NCBI GenBank assembly: GCA_041479905.1
Contig: JBGOYY010000003.1
Coordinates: 16,516-80,515, forward strand
Length of the DNA: 64,000 nucleotides
DNA from: Candidatus Aminicenantia bacterium
GTDB taxonomy: Bacteria > Acidobacteriota > Aminicenantia > Aminicenantales > Saccharicenantaceae
Direction of reading: 5' to 3'
Shown: piece after piece, positions 49,188 to 58,966 of the stretch
Layout: the number at the start of each line of letters is the position of its first letter
Position numbering within the stretch: the stretch's first letter is position 1
The notes under the pieces: model-generated
Database searches by the model: none
What the model saw: the letters and a program-made list of their open reading frames with translations, nothing else
What the model was told of the DNA's origin: nothing
Made by a program: the position numbers and the translations under genes

Positions 49188-50606
49188 TCAGTCGAAAATC
49201 TTTCCGGGATTCATGATCCCGTTCGGGTCGAAGACGCGCTTGATGCCGCGCATGAGCTCGATCTGCCGCTCGTCGAGGACGATGGAGAGGTACGGCTTCT
49301 TGACCAGGCCGATGCCGTGCTCGCCGGATATGACCCCGCCGCGTTCGCGGCAGTCCCGGAAGAGCTCATCCCGAACAAGGTCGGCCTTGTCCTTCCATTC
49401 GCTCTCGGGCACGGGCACCATTTTGCCGTCCTCATAGCGGGCCTTCATGATGTGGGTGTGGACGTTGCCGTCCGCGGCGTGGCCGAAGGTCGGCAACCAC
49501 ATGCCGTACCGGGCGGCGACCTCTCTGACCTTGCGGACGTGCCCGGCCACTTCAGCCCGGGGGACGGAGATGTCGAGGATCTCGACCGTCCCGGCCTTGA
49601 TGGCTTCGTAGATCTTCGAACGGATGTCCAGGACCTCGTCCTGCTTGCTCGGCGTGTCGGCGACGAAAACGTCGATGGCGCCTTTCTCCAGGCAGACTTC
49701 GGCGACGGCCTCGGACAGCCGGTCCATTTCCGCCTCGGATGGGGCGTCGAGAATGACCAGAAGATGGGTCTTCCCCAGCTTGGTCGGCCACTTTTTCCGG
49801 ATGTGCTCTTCGGTCAGGGTGATGGGTTCGACCTCGAGGAACTCGACGGCGAGCGGCACGACCCCCCGTTTCATGATGAGCGGAACGGTTTCGAGGGCCG
49901 GCTCGAGTTCGGCGAAGGGCACGACGAACGAGCGCATGATGCCGGGCTTGGCTTTGACGTGGATGACGGCCTTGGTGACGACGCCGAGCGTCCCCTCGGA
50001 GCCGATGAGCAGGTGCATGAGGTTGTAGCCCGTGCTCGATTTTTCAAGCTTTCCGCCGAGCTTGAGAATCTCGCCCGTGGGCGTGACGACCTCGAGGCCC
50101 CGGACGTAATTGCGGATGGTGCCGTATTTGACGGCCCGGCTGCCCCCGGCGTTGGTGGCGATGAGTCCGCCCATCATGGCGCTCTCGTCGCCGGGATGGG
50201 GCGGGAAATAGAGGCCTCCCTCTTCGACGGCCCGGGTGAAATCGGACAGGCGGACGCCCGCTTCGGTCACGGCCATCTGGTTGTCGGCGTCGATCTCGAG
50301 GACCCGGTTCATCCGCTCGAGGGAGAGGACGATCCCGCCGTGGACCGGGACGCAGCCGCCGCAGAGCCCGGTTGCCCCGCCCCGCGGGGTCACCGGGATG
50401 GCCCGGGTGTTGGCGATGCGCAGGACCGCCGCGACTTCATCCGTCGTCCCCGGCTTGACGACGACGTCGGGCTCATGGGCGATCTCGCGGAGCGAGAATT
50501 CGTCGTGGCCGTAATCGATGATCCTTTCCGGGTCGGAGAGGACGTTTTCCGGGCCGACGACGGCCTCGAGGGATCCTCTGACGGCAGGCGTTATCTTCGA
50601 GGTCAT
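49188..50606 (-). CDS. FAD-linked oxidase (GlcD / D-lactate dehydrogenase family)
   Basis: FAD-binding PCMH-type domain (PRGGATGLCGG) and C-terminal GEHGIG. Confidence 0.85.
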   Translation of the reverse strand: MTSKITPAVRGSLEAVVGPENVLSDPERIIDYGHDEFSLREIAHEPDVVVKPGTTDEVAAVLRIANTRAIPVTPRGGATGLCGGCVPVHGGIVLSLERMNRVLEIDADNQMAVTEAGVRLSDFTRAVEEGGLYFPPHPGDESAMMGGLIATNAGGSRAVKYGTIRNYVRGLEVVTPTGEILKLGGKLEKSSTGYNLMHLLIGSEGTLGVVTKAVIHVKAKPGIMRSFVVPFAELEPALETVPLIMKRGVVPLAVEFLEVEPITLTEEHIRKKWPTKLGKTHLLVILDAPSEAEMDRLSEAVAEVCLEKGAIDVFVADTPSKQDEVLDIRSKIYEAIKAGTVEILDISVPRAEVAGHVRKVREVAARYGMWLPTFGHAADGNVHTHIMKARYEDGKMVPVPESEWKDKADLVRDELFRDCRERGGVISGEHGIGLVKKPYLSIVLDERQIELMRGIKRVFDPNGIMNPGKIFD

Positions 50607-50619
50607 GGAGATACCCCCT

Positions 50620-51510
50620 TCAGTCGACCCATTCGCCTCCCCGGTCTGAGGCCCGGGGTATGCTCAGGGTTGATACTGAGCGGCGCCACCCCCGATTTAC
50701 AAAAACGGGGGTGGTGCTGCCGAACGTATCGACGCGCTTGAGCTGGACGGGGACGCCGATCATGATCTGGGGGCGCCCCTTGTAGAGCTCGATGAGACCC
50801 GTCGCCTCGATCGTCCGTCCGGAGAAATCGAGCGAACCGGGGAGCGACTTGAAGACCTCGAGCGGGATGACCGCGTCGAACTCCGCCCCATCGGCTTCGA
50901 GGATGTGGAAGCCGCCGCGCTTGAACGAACGCAGGCAGCGGAAACGGACGGTCAGGATCTCGCCGGGATGACGGCCTGTCTCCGGGGCGCCGATGACGGG
51001 GTAGGGCCCCTCCTGCCAAAGGCCTTTCCCCGACCGGCGGGCCGCGCTCTCCGCTTCCTTAAGTTTCGTCTTCCAAGCCTCGTCGAAGGGGAACTTGAGA
51101 TAGGCGTGTGCATAACCTTCCCGGACCAGGGTTTCGTTGAACATCTCCCCGTCCGCCGTCCGGATGTAAGCCAGGAGCCGGCCGTAGACATCGCGCTTTT
51201 CCGGGCCCGGGAGGAGTTCCACCGTGGACTGATAAAGCCGGCTGAAGGTGAAACGCTTGGCCAGGAAGGCCATGAGCCGGACCTGTTCCCGGGCGTCGTC
51301 GAGCTCGGGCGTATCGACGCCGATGAGCCGGACACGCTCGTCCTTCCGGTCGGCCAGGCGGACCCGGACCGTGTCTCCGTCGTAGACGACGGTGACCGTC
51401 CCTCTTAGCGGTTCCTTGGCTGGAGCGGACAACGACGAGGTCGGGATGAGGATCGCGGCGGCGAGGACGATAACCGAAAAGGCGGACCGAACGAGGCGGA
51501 TCTTCTTCAT
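50620..51510 (-). CDS. secreted thermonuclease (SNase) family protein with an extra C-terminal domain
   Basis: Signal peptide. VYDGDTVRVRL...RVRLIGVDTPE...YGRLLAYI nuclease motifs. Confidence 0.8.
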   Translation of the reverse strand: MKKIRLVRSAFSVIVLAAAILIPTSSLSAPAKEPLRGTVTVVYDGDTVRVRLADRKDERVRLIGVDTPELDDAREQVRLMAFLAKRFTFSRLYQSTVELLPGPEKRDVYGRLLAYIRTADGEMFNETLVREGYAHAYLKFPFDEAWKTKLKEAESAARRSGKGLWQEGPYPVIGAPETGRHPGEILTVRFRCLRSFKRGGFHILEADGAEFDAVIPLEVFKSLPGSLDFSGRTIEATGLIELYKGRPQIMIGVPVQLKRVDTFGSTTPVFVNRGWRRSVSTLSIPRASDRGGEWVD

Positions 51511-53336
51511 CCGCGGACGAGCTCCCGTGCGGCCCGGACGATGTTCGAGGCGCTGATGCCGTACCGTTCGAGGAGCTCGTCCGGCTTTCCGGACCTGGGA
51601 AGTTCGCGGACGCAGAGATGCATCAGCGCGGCTTTTCCGGCCAGGGCACTGGCCACGGCCTCGCCCAGCCCGCCGCCGGCGTAGTGGTCCTCGACGACGA
51701 CCGCCCGGCCGCTCGTCTCCGCGACTTCCCGCAGGATCGTCGCCTTGTCCAACGGCTGGACCGAATACGCATCGATGAGCCGGACACCGATGCCCTCTTT
51801 TTTAAGCTCGTCGCAGGCCTTGATCGCCTCGTGGAGCGTGATCCCGGCGGCGATGACCGTGACCGCGTCCCCCTCCCCTTTCCGCAAGACCTTGGAGCCC
51901 CCGATGGAGAACATTTCTCCGGCCGGATAGAGGATCGGCGCCGCCGGTCGCGACATCCGCAGGTAGACCATGCCCTGGTGCGAGGCCGCGGCCGCCACGC
52001 ACGCCTCCGACGAAACCGCGTCACCCGGGTAGAGGACGACACATCCGGGGATAGGCCGGAACATGGCCATGTCCTCGAGGCCCATCTGGGAGGGGCCGTC
52101 CTCGCCGATGCTCACGCCGACGTGGGAGCCGCAGACCTTGATATTGGAAAAGGAATAGGCGGCCATGCGGAGCTGGTCGTGGGCCCGGGTCAGGAAGGCG
52201 GCGAAGGTGGCGATGAAAGGGATATACCCTTTGGCCGCGAGGCCCATGCCCACGCCGACCATGTTCTGCTCGGCGATGAACGCCTGGAAGGAGCGCCCGG
52301 GGAAAGCCTCGAAGAACTTGTCGGCGTAAGTCGAGTTCTTGACGTCGCCGTCGACGGCCACGACATACGGGTTGACCTTCCCCAGGCTGAGGAGGGCGTT
52401 CCCGTAGGCCAGGCGCGTCGCCGTTTTATCCTTGTAAACCGTTCGAGGGAAGTCGAAGGACGAAGCGGCTTTCTTTTTTTGGAAGGGCTTGGGTTTGTGG
52501 ACGAACTTCTGCGAGTCAACGTCGGGAAGACCGCCGATCTCCCCGAGCGCCCGGGCCAGTTCGTCGGCCTTGAGGGGCTTTCCGTGCCAGCCGTTCTTGT
52601 CTTCGATGAAGCTGACGCCCTTGCCCTTGAGCGTCCGGGCCAGGATGACCGTCGGCTTGCCCTTCTTTCCGGCCTCTTTCAAGGCGGCGAGTATCCGATC
52701 GATCTTATGGCCGTCGATGATGGCGGCGTCCCAGCCGAAGGCGCGGAACTTGCGGGCCAGGGCGGCGAGGTCGTGCTGGTGCATGGTCGGGTCGGACTGG
52801 CCGAGCCGGTTGACGTCGACGACGGCGCAGAGGTTGCGGAGTTTCCAGTAGGCGGCGGAATTGGCCGCTTCCCAAACCTGGCCTTCGGCGCACTCGCCGT
52901 CGCCCATGAGGACGAACGTCCGGGCCGGCGACTTGTCGAGCCGCTGGGCCAGGGCCATGCCGACCCCGACAGACAGCCCCTGGCCCAGGGAACCCGTCGC
53001 CGCCTTGACCCATTTCATCCGCGGCGTGGGGTGGCCTTCGAGCTCGCTCGAGATCTTCCGCAGGTCGAGCAGGTGTTCGAGGGGGATGATCCCGGCCTCG
53101 GCATAAACGGCCCAGAGGAGCGGCGCGGCGTGGCCCTTGGACAGGACGAACTCGTCGCTCGCCGGGTCGACCGGGTCAGCCGTGTTCCAGCGCATCTCTC
53201 CGAAGAAAAGGCCGGCGGCGATGTCGGCCGCGGACAGGCATGTCGTCGGGTGTCCCGACCCGGACGCGGTCGTCATGCGCAGGGAGTGGATGCGCAGCCG
53301 GGTCGCTATTTTGCGAAGGTCGTCGATTCTGGCCAT
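51507..53336 (-). CDS. tkt: transketolase, short (about 610 aa, mammalian-like) form
   Basis: SGSGHPTTCLSAADI, VLSKGHAAP, GSLGQGL and GDGECAEG motifs. 609 aa. Confidence 0.9.
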   Translation of the reverse strand: MARIDDLRKIATRLRIHSLRMTTASGSGHPTTCLSAADIAAGLFFGEMRWNTADPVDPASDEFVLSKGHAAPLLWAVYAEAGIIPLEHLLDLRKISSELEGHPTPRMKWVKAATGSLGQGLSVGVGMALAQRLDKSPARTFVLMGDGECAEGQVWEAANSAAYWKLRNLCAVVDVNRLGQSDPTMHQHDLAALARKFRAFGWDAAIIDGHKIDRILAALKEAGKKGKPTVILARTLKGKGVSFIEDKNGWHGKPLKADELARALGEIGGLPDVDSQKFVHKPKPFQKKKAASSFDFPRTVYKDKTATRLAYGNALLSLGKVNPYVVAVDGDVKNSTYADKFFEAFPGRSFQAFIAEQNMVGVGMGLAAKGYIPFIATFAAFLTRAHDQLRMAAYSFSNIKVCGSHVGVSIGEDGPSQMGLEDMAMFRPIPGCVVLYPGDAVSSEACVAAAASHQGMVYLRMSRPAAPILYPAGEMFSIGGSKVLRKGEGDAVTVIAAGITLHEAIKACDELKKEGIGVRLIDAYSVQPLDKATILREVAETSGRAVVVEDHYAGGGLGEAVASALAGKAALMHLCVRELPRSGKPDELLERYGISASNIVRAARELVRG

Positions 53337-53505
53337 GGGGTGGCTCTCCTCAGTCGTTCGGGGCTATGTCCTTCAAGGGAGGGATGATAGCATGAAACAA
53401 GGACCGGGCAAAGCCGGGGGCGGCGGCCGCGGGCTAGCGGGTAAATGGCGTGTCGGGGAATATGACGCGACGCGTTTTCGCCCGGCGCGCAGGTCCGGCC
53501 AGCCT

Positions 53506-54537
53506 CTACAAAATCGGCCAGGATTTCGGCAGGAAGACCTGCTCGTAGAGGGACATGGCATAGCGGTCGGTCATCCCGGCGATGAAATCCCCGGCCCGGA
53601 CGATGACCGGGTCGCCCACCGGGTAGTCTTTGATGTACTCCTCCGGCTTCTCCATGATGTAGGCGAAGAGATCCCTGATGATCTTCTCCGTCTTGCGCAG
53701 CTCGTCGCGGGCCGTGGAGTTGAAGTAGACGTTCTGGTAAAGGAACTCCCGCAGCTCGAGGACGGCCTTCATGATCCGGTCGCTCATGGCGATGCGGTCG
53801 AGCTCCGCGCCCAGGCTGGCCTCAACGACGTCCATGACCATCCGGTCGATGCGCGTCGCGTGCCACTTGCCCAGGACCCGGACGAGTCCCGCCGGGATGT
53901 CCTCCTCCTTGATGATACCGGCCCGCAGGGCGTCGTCGATATCGTGGTTGACATAGGCGATGACGTCCGAGACGCGGACGATCTGGCCTTCGAGCGTCGA
54001 AGGCATGTCCTCCGGGTCCTCGTCGAAGATCTCGCCGCGGCCCTTGGAATGCCGCTGGATGCCGTCCCGGACCTCGAAGGTCAGGTTCAGCCCCTTGCCC
54101 TCGTATTCGAGCTTCTCGACGACGCGCAGGCTCTGGTCGGCGTGGTGGAAGCCGAGGGGCAGGAGCTTGCTGAGCGTCTCCTCGCCTGAGTGGCCGAAAG
54201 GGGTATGGCCGAGGTCGTGTCCCAGGGCGATGGCCTCGGTCAGGTCCTCGTTGAGGCGGAGGGCCTTGGCGATCGTCCGGGCGATCTGGGAGACCTCGAG
54301 GCAGTGCGTCAGCCGCGTCCGGTAGTGGTCCCCGAAAGGGGAGAGAAAGACCTGGGTCTTGTGCTTGAGGCGGCGGAAGGACTTGGAGTGGATGATCCGG
54401 TCGCGGTCGCGCTGGAAATCCGTGCGCAGGACGTGCTGGGCCTCGGCCCTGACCCGGCCCTTGGAGCGCGCGCTGAGGCAGGCCTTGGGCGACAGGATCT
54501 TCTGCTCGGTCTTTTCAAGCTCTTCGCGGATAGTCAC
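53506..54537 (-). CDS. dGTP triphosphohydrolase-like HD-domain protein
   Basis: [15 protein letters not shown]...[14 protein letters not shown] motifs. GTG start with GAGGAG upstream. Confidence 0.85.
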   Translation of the reverse strand: MTIREELEKTEQKILSPKACLSARSKGRVRAEAQHVLRTDFQRDRDRIIHSKSFRRLKHKTQVFLSPFGDHYRTRLTHCLEVSQIARTIAKALRLNEDLTEAIALGHDLGHTPFGHSGEETLSKLLPLGFHHADQSLRVVEKLEYEGKGLNLTFEVRDGIQRHSKGRGEIFDEDPEDMPSTLEGQIVRVSDVIAYVNHDIDDALRAGIIKEEDIPAGLVRVLGKWHATRIDRMVMDVVEASLGAELDRIAMSDRIMKAVLELREFLYQNVYFNSTARDELRKTEKIIRDLFAYIMEKPEEYIKDYPVGDPVIVRAGDFIAGMTDRYAMSLYEQVFLPKSWPIL

Positions 54538-54561
54538 GGATTCTCTCCTCGTCGTGCGCCA

Positions 54562-54570
54562 ATTATAACA
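54562..54570 (-). promoter_or_regulatory. putative extended -10 promoter (TGtTATAAT) of the dGTPase-like gene
   Basis: The minus strand reads TTGTTATAAT, 24 nt upstream of the GTG start. Confidence 0.4.
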
Positions 54571-54596
54571 AAAAGCGGTGGGCCGCCGCCAGCTTC

Positions 54597-54649
54597 AAGA
54601 GGGGGTCAAACCTGCCTTTTGCTGCAAAAGGCAGGTTTGACCCCCTCTT
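54597..54649. repeat. perfect 53-nt palindrome (26-bp arms, 1-nt centre)
   Basis: AAGAGGGGGTCAAACCTGCCTTTTGC-T-GCAAAAGGCAGGTTTGACCCCCTCTT. I checked it base by base. Confidence 0.97.
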
Positions 54650-54712
54650 AACTTGCATTTATCGTCGCAATCGCCTAAATATTGTCTGAGCACGCTTCGG
54701 CCAGGAGCCGCC

Positions 54713-55366
54713 ATGATCAAAGACAACGTCACCGCGATCCTCGGGCAACTGCCGCCGGGCGTCGAACTCGTCGCCGCCGCCAAGACGCGGACGGCCGCCG
54801 AGATCATCGAGGCCATCGAGGCCGGCGTAGGGATCATCGGCGAGAACTACGTCCAGGAGGCGGCAGGCGTTTTTCCGGCCGTCGGCCGCCGGGCCCGCTG
54901 GCACTTCATCGGACATCTGCAGACGAACAAGGTCAAGAGAGCCGTCGAGATCTTCGACCTGGTCGAGACCGTGGACTCGGTCGCCCTCGGCCGCGAGATC
55001 GACCGGCGCTCGGCCGCGGCCGGAAAGACCATGGACGTTTTCGTCGAGGTCAACAGCGGACGCGAGCCCCAGAAAGCCGGTGTCCTTCCCGAGGAGGCCG
55101 AACCTCTCGTCCGGGCCCTGGCGGGCTTCCCCAACCTCCGCGTCCTGGGACTCATGACCATGGGCCCGTTCGAAGGCGACCCCGAAGACTCCCGTCCCTA
55201 TTTCAAGGAAACAAAAAAGGTTTGGAGTGCGCTGAAGGCGCTCGCCATCCCGGGAGCCGAGATGCGGAACCTGTCCATGGGTATGACCAATTCCTGGCGG
55301 GTGGCCGTCGAAGAGGGGGCGACCATGGTCCGCATCGGCACGGCCATCTTCGGCCCGCGAACCTGA
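54713..55366 (+). CDS. yggS: YggS family pyridoxal-phosphate homeostasis protein
   Basis: LVAAAKT (PLP Lys), GENYVQE, HFIGHLQTNKV and SMGMTNS motifs. AGGAG upstream of the ATG. Confidence 0.9.
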   Translation: MIKDNVTAILGQLPPGVELVAAAKTRTAAEIIEAIEAGVGIIGENYVQEAAGVFPAVGRRARWHFIGHLQTNKVKRAVEIFDLVETVDSVALGREIDRRSAAAGKTMDVFVEVNSGREPQKAGVLPEEAEPLVRALAGFPNLRVLGLMTMGPFEGDPEDSRPYFKETKKVWSALKALAIPGAEMRNLSMGMTNSWRVAVEEGATMVRIGTAIFGPRT

Positions 55367-55382
55367 AGCTCCGGAACGCGCC

Positions 55383-56618
55383 CTACCTCGGCCCTTCTTT
55401 TTCCTCGGCTTCGTCGAGGGCCTGCACTTCGGCCTCGCCCAGGGCGATCTCAGGCTCGATCCCCTTCAGCCGCCTGAGGTCCTCGATCTTCTGGAGGGGC
55501 CGTTCGAGCTTGTTGCGGCGGGTCGTGGCGAGCTTCTGGAATTCGTCCCGGGCGTCGTCGATCTTGCGGCCCATGTTGTCCATGGACTTGCAGAACTTCT
55601 CCCATTCTTTGTTGAAGCCGCCGATGAGTCGGAGCATGTCGTTGGCCGCCTTGGCCGTGCTGAAGTTGTCCATGGCCTGACGGATGACGGCCAGGATGGC
55701 GAAGAGGGTGAACGGGGAACAAAGGATGACCTTGTTCCGCAGGGCCTCGTCGATGATGACGGGGTCGTTCTGGTTGATGAAGGCGTAGACCTGTTCGTTG
55801 GGGATGAAGACGAGGACGTAGTCCAGGGTCTCGTCGTCGGGGTTGATGTAGTCGCGGGTCGTGACCTCTTTGATCCGGCTCCGGACGTCCCTCAGGAACT
55901 GGCCCTTGTGGACCTCGCGCTCCATGTCGTTCTCCGTCTCGAGGTAGCGGAGGTAGCTGTTCAGGGGGAACTTGACGTCCATGTTGACCTTCCGGCCCTG
56001 GGGCAGCTGGAAGGTGTAGTCGGGACGCGACCCCGCCCCCTCGAGGGTTTTCTGTCTGAGGTAATTGACGCCCTCGATGAACCCGGATAGCTGGAGGACG
56101 TCCTCGGCCATCCGTTCCCCCCACATGCCCCGGGCCTTGGTGCTGACCAGGGCCTGCCGAAGGTGGTTGGCCGTGTCTTGGAGCTTGGCCGTCTGTTCCG
56201 CGGCCGTTTTCAGGTGGGCGGACAGCTCGCCGTACTTCTGGACGCGTTCCTTCTCGAACCCGGAGACGACGTCCTGCATTTTCTGGAGGTCGCCCCGCAT
56301 GGATTCGAGGGTCTGGTCGATCAGCTTCTTTTTCCCTTCGAGGTCCTTCTCGCCGGACTGGGTCTGCTGGCCGAGCACGGACCCGGCCAGTTTCATGAAT
56401 TCCTCCGAGTTCGTCTTCAGGGCCGCGAGGGACAGCGAGCCCATGGAGTCCTTGACCCGGCCGAGGATGACCTCGATATCCTTGACCTTCTCGTTTTCCG
56501 TTTCGCTGACGAGCTCGCGGGCGATCTCCCGCGCCTCCTTCCTCTTCAACCGCTGGATGATGAGGACAACCGCTGCGCCGAAGACGCCCCCGCCGATGAA
56601 CAAATAGACACCCATCAT
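55383..56618 (-). CDS. rmuC: DNA recombination protein RmuC
   Basis: N-terminal TM, a long coiled coil, and a C-terminal RmuC nuclease-like region (PDYTFQLPQGRKVNMDVKFP...VLVFIPNE). Confidence 0.85.
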   Translation of the reverse strand: MMGVYLFIGGGVFGAAVVLIIQRLKRKEAREIARELVSETENEKVKDIEVILGRVKDSMGSLSLAALKTNSEEFMKLAGSVLGQQTQSGEKDLEGKKKLIDQTLESMRGDLQKMQDVVSGFEKERVQKYGELSAHLKTAAEQTAKLQDTANHLRQALVSTKARGMWGERMAEDVLQLSGFIEGVNYLRQKTLEGAGSRPDYTFQLPQGRKVNMDVKFPLNSYLRYLETENDMEREVHKGQFLRDVRSRIKEVTTRDYINPDDETLDYVLVFIPNEQVYAFINQNDPVIIDEALRNKVILCSPFTLFAILAVIRQAMDNFSTAKAANDMLRLIGGFNKEWEKFCKSMDNMGRKIDDARDEFQKLATTRRNKLERPLQKIEDLRRLKGIEPEIALGEAEVQALDEAEEKEGPR

Positions 56619-56974
56619 GTTTCGACTCCTTCATCGCCGCCCGGCCCTGCCCCACCTTCCGCCTCGTCCATGGCCCGATCGACGTCCTCGTCGAAGTCCT
56701 CGTCCGTCTCCTCGCCCATCTCCCGCCCCATTTTCTTCATCCAGCGGGCGACGCTCTTCGGGTCTTTCTCGTCGAGCCCGGCCAGGGACGAGGGGTCGGC
56801 CAGGCTCTCGAGCCGGCTTTCCTCGGACCGCCGGACGGCGACGCGGGAGACGAGCTTGGCCAATTTCCTCCCGCCGCAGTGCTGGCACACCGGGTCGACG
56901 GCCGTGTTGACGGACAGCGTCATGACCGTCGTCTTCCGGCGGCAGTCGGCGCAGCGGTATTCGTAGATGGGCAT
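56615..56974 (-). CDS. FmdB-family zinc-ribbon protein with an acidic tail
   Basis: MPIYEYRCADC...CQHCGG, a CxxC...CxxC ribbon. Confidence 0.8.
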   Translation of the reverse strand: MPIYEYRCADCRRKTTVMTLSVNTAVDPVCQHCGGRKLAKLVSRVAVRRSEESRLESLADPSSLAGLDEKDPKSVARWMKKMGREMGEETDEDFDEDVDRAMDEAEGGAGPGGDEGVET

Positions 56975-56976
56975 GT

Positions 56977-57882
56977 CTAGATCAGGATCCCTTCGTCGAA
57001 GCCGAGCTTGACGAGCTCGATCCGGTTCGGGTCGCTCACGCCCAGGTGATGGCGCGTGTCGGCCAGTTGGATGTGGTGCGGCGTCGGCTTCAGGAGGCCG
57101 TCGTCCTTGAAGTGCTCGCGACGCTTGGCTTCGAGCACGCGAAGTCCCGTCGTGTCGGCCGCGACAGGGTCCCGGCTGACGATGAGGCCCTTATATTCCC
57201 AGGTAAAATCCTTGTTGTATTGCTGGGTTCCGATCATGTGGAACAGGGGGTTGAACATGACGAGAATATTGAGCCGCGTTTTGCCCTTGACGATCGGCAG
57301 GTTCCAGATCGTGGCCAGGTCGGCGCAGGTGTCGCCATGGTAGGCCGAGGGCTGGGGGACGAACATGATATAGTTCTTGATGCAGCTCCCCATGCCGGAC
57401 CATTGATGGGTCCTGGCCGGGCGGGCGTTGATCAATGCGGTGGCGTTCTGGAAGACCGGGTTCCTGAGGACGCCCCGGTCATCGACGGAGAGCTTGTCCT
57501 CGGCGACGCCCGCGTCCATGACCCGACGCTTGATGGCCTGTTCGACCTGAGCCGTCGTCGGAAGCTTCCCCCAGGAGTTGGTCTTGATGCCGACGACGTC
57601 CTCGGGACGGATGAGCGTTTTCCAGGCCTTGACGGCGTCGCGCTCGTCGAGCAGGGCGCAGACCGCATCATCCAGCATGCGCTGGACGACCTCGGCGTTG
57701 GGCGCTCCGGACGCGTCCAGGGCGTTCGCGTCACGGACGAGGACGACACGGACCTTCTCTTCAACAAGCCGGGGAACCGGGCCCCGTTCTGTCCGATACG
57801 CGGCGGGGATCAGGGCCCCGGCCAGAGGCGCCACGGAGGCGGCTTTCAGGAATTCCCTACGGGTGATCGGTTTCCGGCTCAT
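56977..57882 (-). CDS. DUF362-like protein with a twin-arginine signal
   Basis: TRREFLKAAS Tat motif. The body resembles DUF362 (family call from memory). Confidence 0.55.
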   Translation of the reverse strand: MSRKPITRREFLKAASVAPLAGALIPAAYRTERGPVPRLVEEKVRVVLVRDANALDASGAPNAEVVQRMLDDAVCALLDERDAVKAWKTLIRPEDVVGIKTNSWGKLPTTAQVEQAIKRRVMDAGVAEDKLSVDDRGVLRNPVFQNATALINARPARTHQWSGMGSCIKNYIMFVPQPSAYHGDTCADLATIWNLPIVKGKTRLNILVMFNPLFHMIGTQQYNKDFTWEYKGLIVSRDPVAADTTGLRVLEAKRREHFKDDGLLKPTPHHIQLADTRHHLGVSDPNRIELVKLGFDEGILI

Positions 57883-58835
57883 TTTTTTTCTCCTCCTTTA
57901 GTTCGGTCGGCTTGGCCTTTCATCAGAGCCACGACGTCATCCAGTCTGTCCGCGGCTGTTCGCTCCGAAATCATGTCAAAAACGATGACGACGTATCTGT
58001 CATGGACGCGGACGGCCGTCCACTTGCCGTTCTCCGTTTTGACCGCCCCCTTCTCCCGGGCTTCGGGCATGGTGACCGGCGCGAACGATCCCCCGGCCTT
58101 GGCGGCCGCCGCGGCATCGGCGTAGGCGACGACGAGAAGGCGGCTCCGATCGTCCTTGCCGCCATAGTCCGCCAGGACCGCGTCAGTCTTCTGGTCGAGA
58201 AGGAGGATGTTCGTGTCGGCGACGAAATAATGGTAATTGAGGACGGAATGGTTGTGGAAGAAGCGGACCCGCCCCGTATCCAGCCCTTCGGGAGGCAGGA
58301 ACCGCAAAAGAACCGGCTTCTCCCCCCGGTTCGGTATGGCGGCGGCGATCCTCCGGCCGAGCTCGAGGACGAGCCCCTTGGCCTCGACCGTCTCCTCTTC
58401 GGCGTAGACGGAGCCGAAATAGCGGTCCTTCCAGAAAGAGAGGAGCCCGGCTTTGTAGTTCGATCCCTGGCCGACCCCGGCGTCCTCGCCGTCGAGGTCG
58501 TGGGTGAAGACGCCGAAGGCGTCCTCCGGCGATCCCATGTCGAAGAGGTCGACGACGATGTCGGGCTTGCCGTCCTTGTGGAAGCGGCGGGCGACGAGGA
58601 ATCTCATGTTGTAGGACCGGTAGACCTCGCCCGCGCCGTCGATGTAGTCGAAGATCGACTCGGCATCGAAGGTCTGGTCGGCCTCCGAAACATAGGGGCC
58701 GAGCGTCGGGGGGATGAGCGCGGCGAGCTTTTGGACGTCGGGCACGATCGGTTCGGTCATCAGAACGAGTCCTCCCAGCAGGGCCAGGACAGCGGCGATA
58801 ACGACAACCCTCTTCATTCCCGTCGATTGTATCAC
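57879..58835 (-). CDS. hypothetical exported/membrane-anchored protein
   Basis: N-terminal hydrophobic segment VVVIAAVLALLGGLVL. ATGA-type overlap with the DUF362-like gene. No recognised domain. Confidence 0.55.
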   Translation of the reverse strand: MIQSTGMKRVVVIAAVLALLGGLVLMTEPIVPDVQKLAALIPPTLGPYVSEADQTFDAESIFDYIDGAGEVYRSYNMRFLVARRFHKDGKPDIVVDLFDMGSPEDAFGVFTHDLDGEDAGVGQGSNYKAGLLSFWKDRYFGSVYAEEETVEAKGLVLELGRRIAAAIPNRGEKPVLLRFLPPEGLDTGRVRFFHNHSVLNYHYFVADTNILLLDQKTDAVLADYGGKDDRSRLLVVAYADAAAAAKAGGSFAPVTMPEAREKGAVKTENGKWTAVRVHDRYVVIVFDMISERTAADRLDDVVALMKGQADRTKGGEKK

Positions 58836-58966
58836 GCCGCCCCGGACGAGACAAGGGAACGGGGCGGACGGGAGCGGGCGTTTGCAAATTTCGGCGTTTC
58901 AGGGAATAATAGACGCGGTTTGCGTGATCCGATGACGTTCCGACGTCCGACCAAAGGAGACTTCGC

